A stretch of 64,000 nt of DNA from Verrucomicrobiota bacterium (GTDB lineage Bacteria; Verrucomicrobiota; Verrucomicrobiia; CAIQCK01): NCBI GenBank assembly GCA_026397915.1, contig JAPLTX010000044.1, positions 22,779 to 86,778 on the forward strand, written 5' to 3'. The position numbers were made by a program, and so were the translations under genes. A model generated the notes under the pieces. The model saw only the letters and a program-made list of their open reading frames with translations. It was not told where the DNA came from and ran no database searches. Shown piece by piece: positions 63,836 to 64,000 of the stretch (positions are counted from its first letter, which is position 1; each line of letters starts with the position of its first letter).

Positions 63836-64000
63836 TCTTCTGTCTCTATCCAGTTCCGTCCTCTTGCTCTCGGCTGCAAGCTGATAGCGGCTCGCTTTAG
63901 CAACTCACGCGGGCCATGTCGATACGAAACTCCCTCCCGCTCGTTGGCATGGCGTTAATGGCTTTGAACAACCGATCTGAATGCCTCGTAATCACGGTAG

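Overview
GC-rich bacterial chromosome segment, most likely Verrucomicrobiota (PVC). Pointers: N-terminally extended GreA, Tat-exported Gfo/Idh/MocA oxidoreductases, DUF1080/FGE-sulfatase/LRR kinases. 1-22 kb is mostly housekeeping: nth, bcp, thrH, two tandem 2-oxoacid:ferredoxin oxidoreductase sets, three TIGR04073-like paralogues, trxB, comEC, an ECF sigma/anti-sigma operon, rsmB and greA. 22.8-36.7 kb is a tandem array of four Hanks-type Ser/Thr kinase genes: two active transmembrane receptor-like kinases with shuffled extracellular modules, one soluble kinase, and one transmembrane protein with two degenerate (pseudokinase) domains. 38.5-40.5 kb is a small accessory patch (low-GC orphan gene, 66-bp tandem repeat, IS-end remnant, nucleotidyltransferase pair). 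50.8-56.9 kb holds three secreted dimethylformamidase-beta-like paralogues interleaved with a GH29 fucosidase. 57-61.3 kb is a minus-strand gene run (HAD-Nudix fusion, folB, SIS protein, VOC protein, UbiD-family decarboxylase). 61.4-62.2 kb is a DUF559 nuclease gene bracketed by four palindromic repeats. Several REP-like palindrome families occur in intergenic regions. I recognised no rRNA, tRNA, CRISPR array, integrase, transposase or reverse transcriptase. All family assignments are from motif recognition by eye; no database searches were run.
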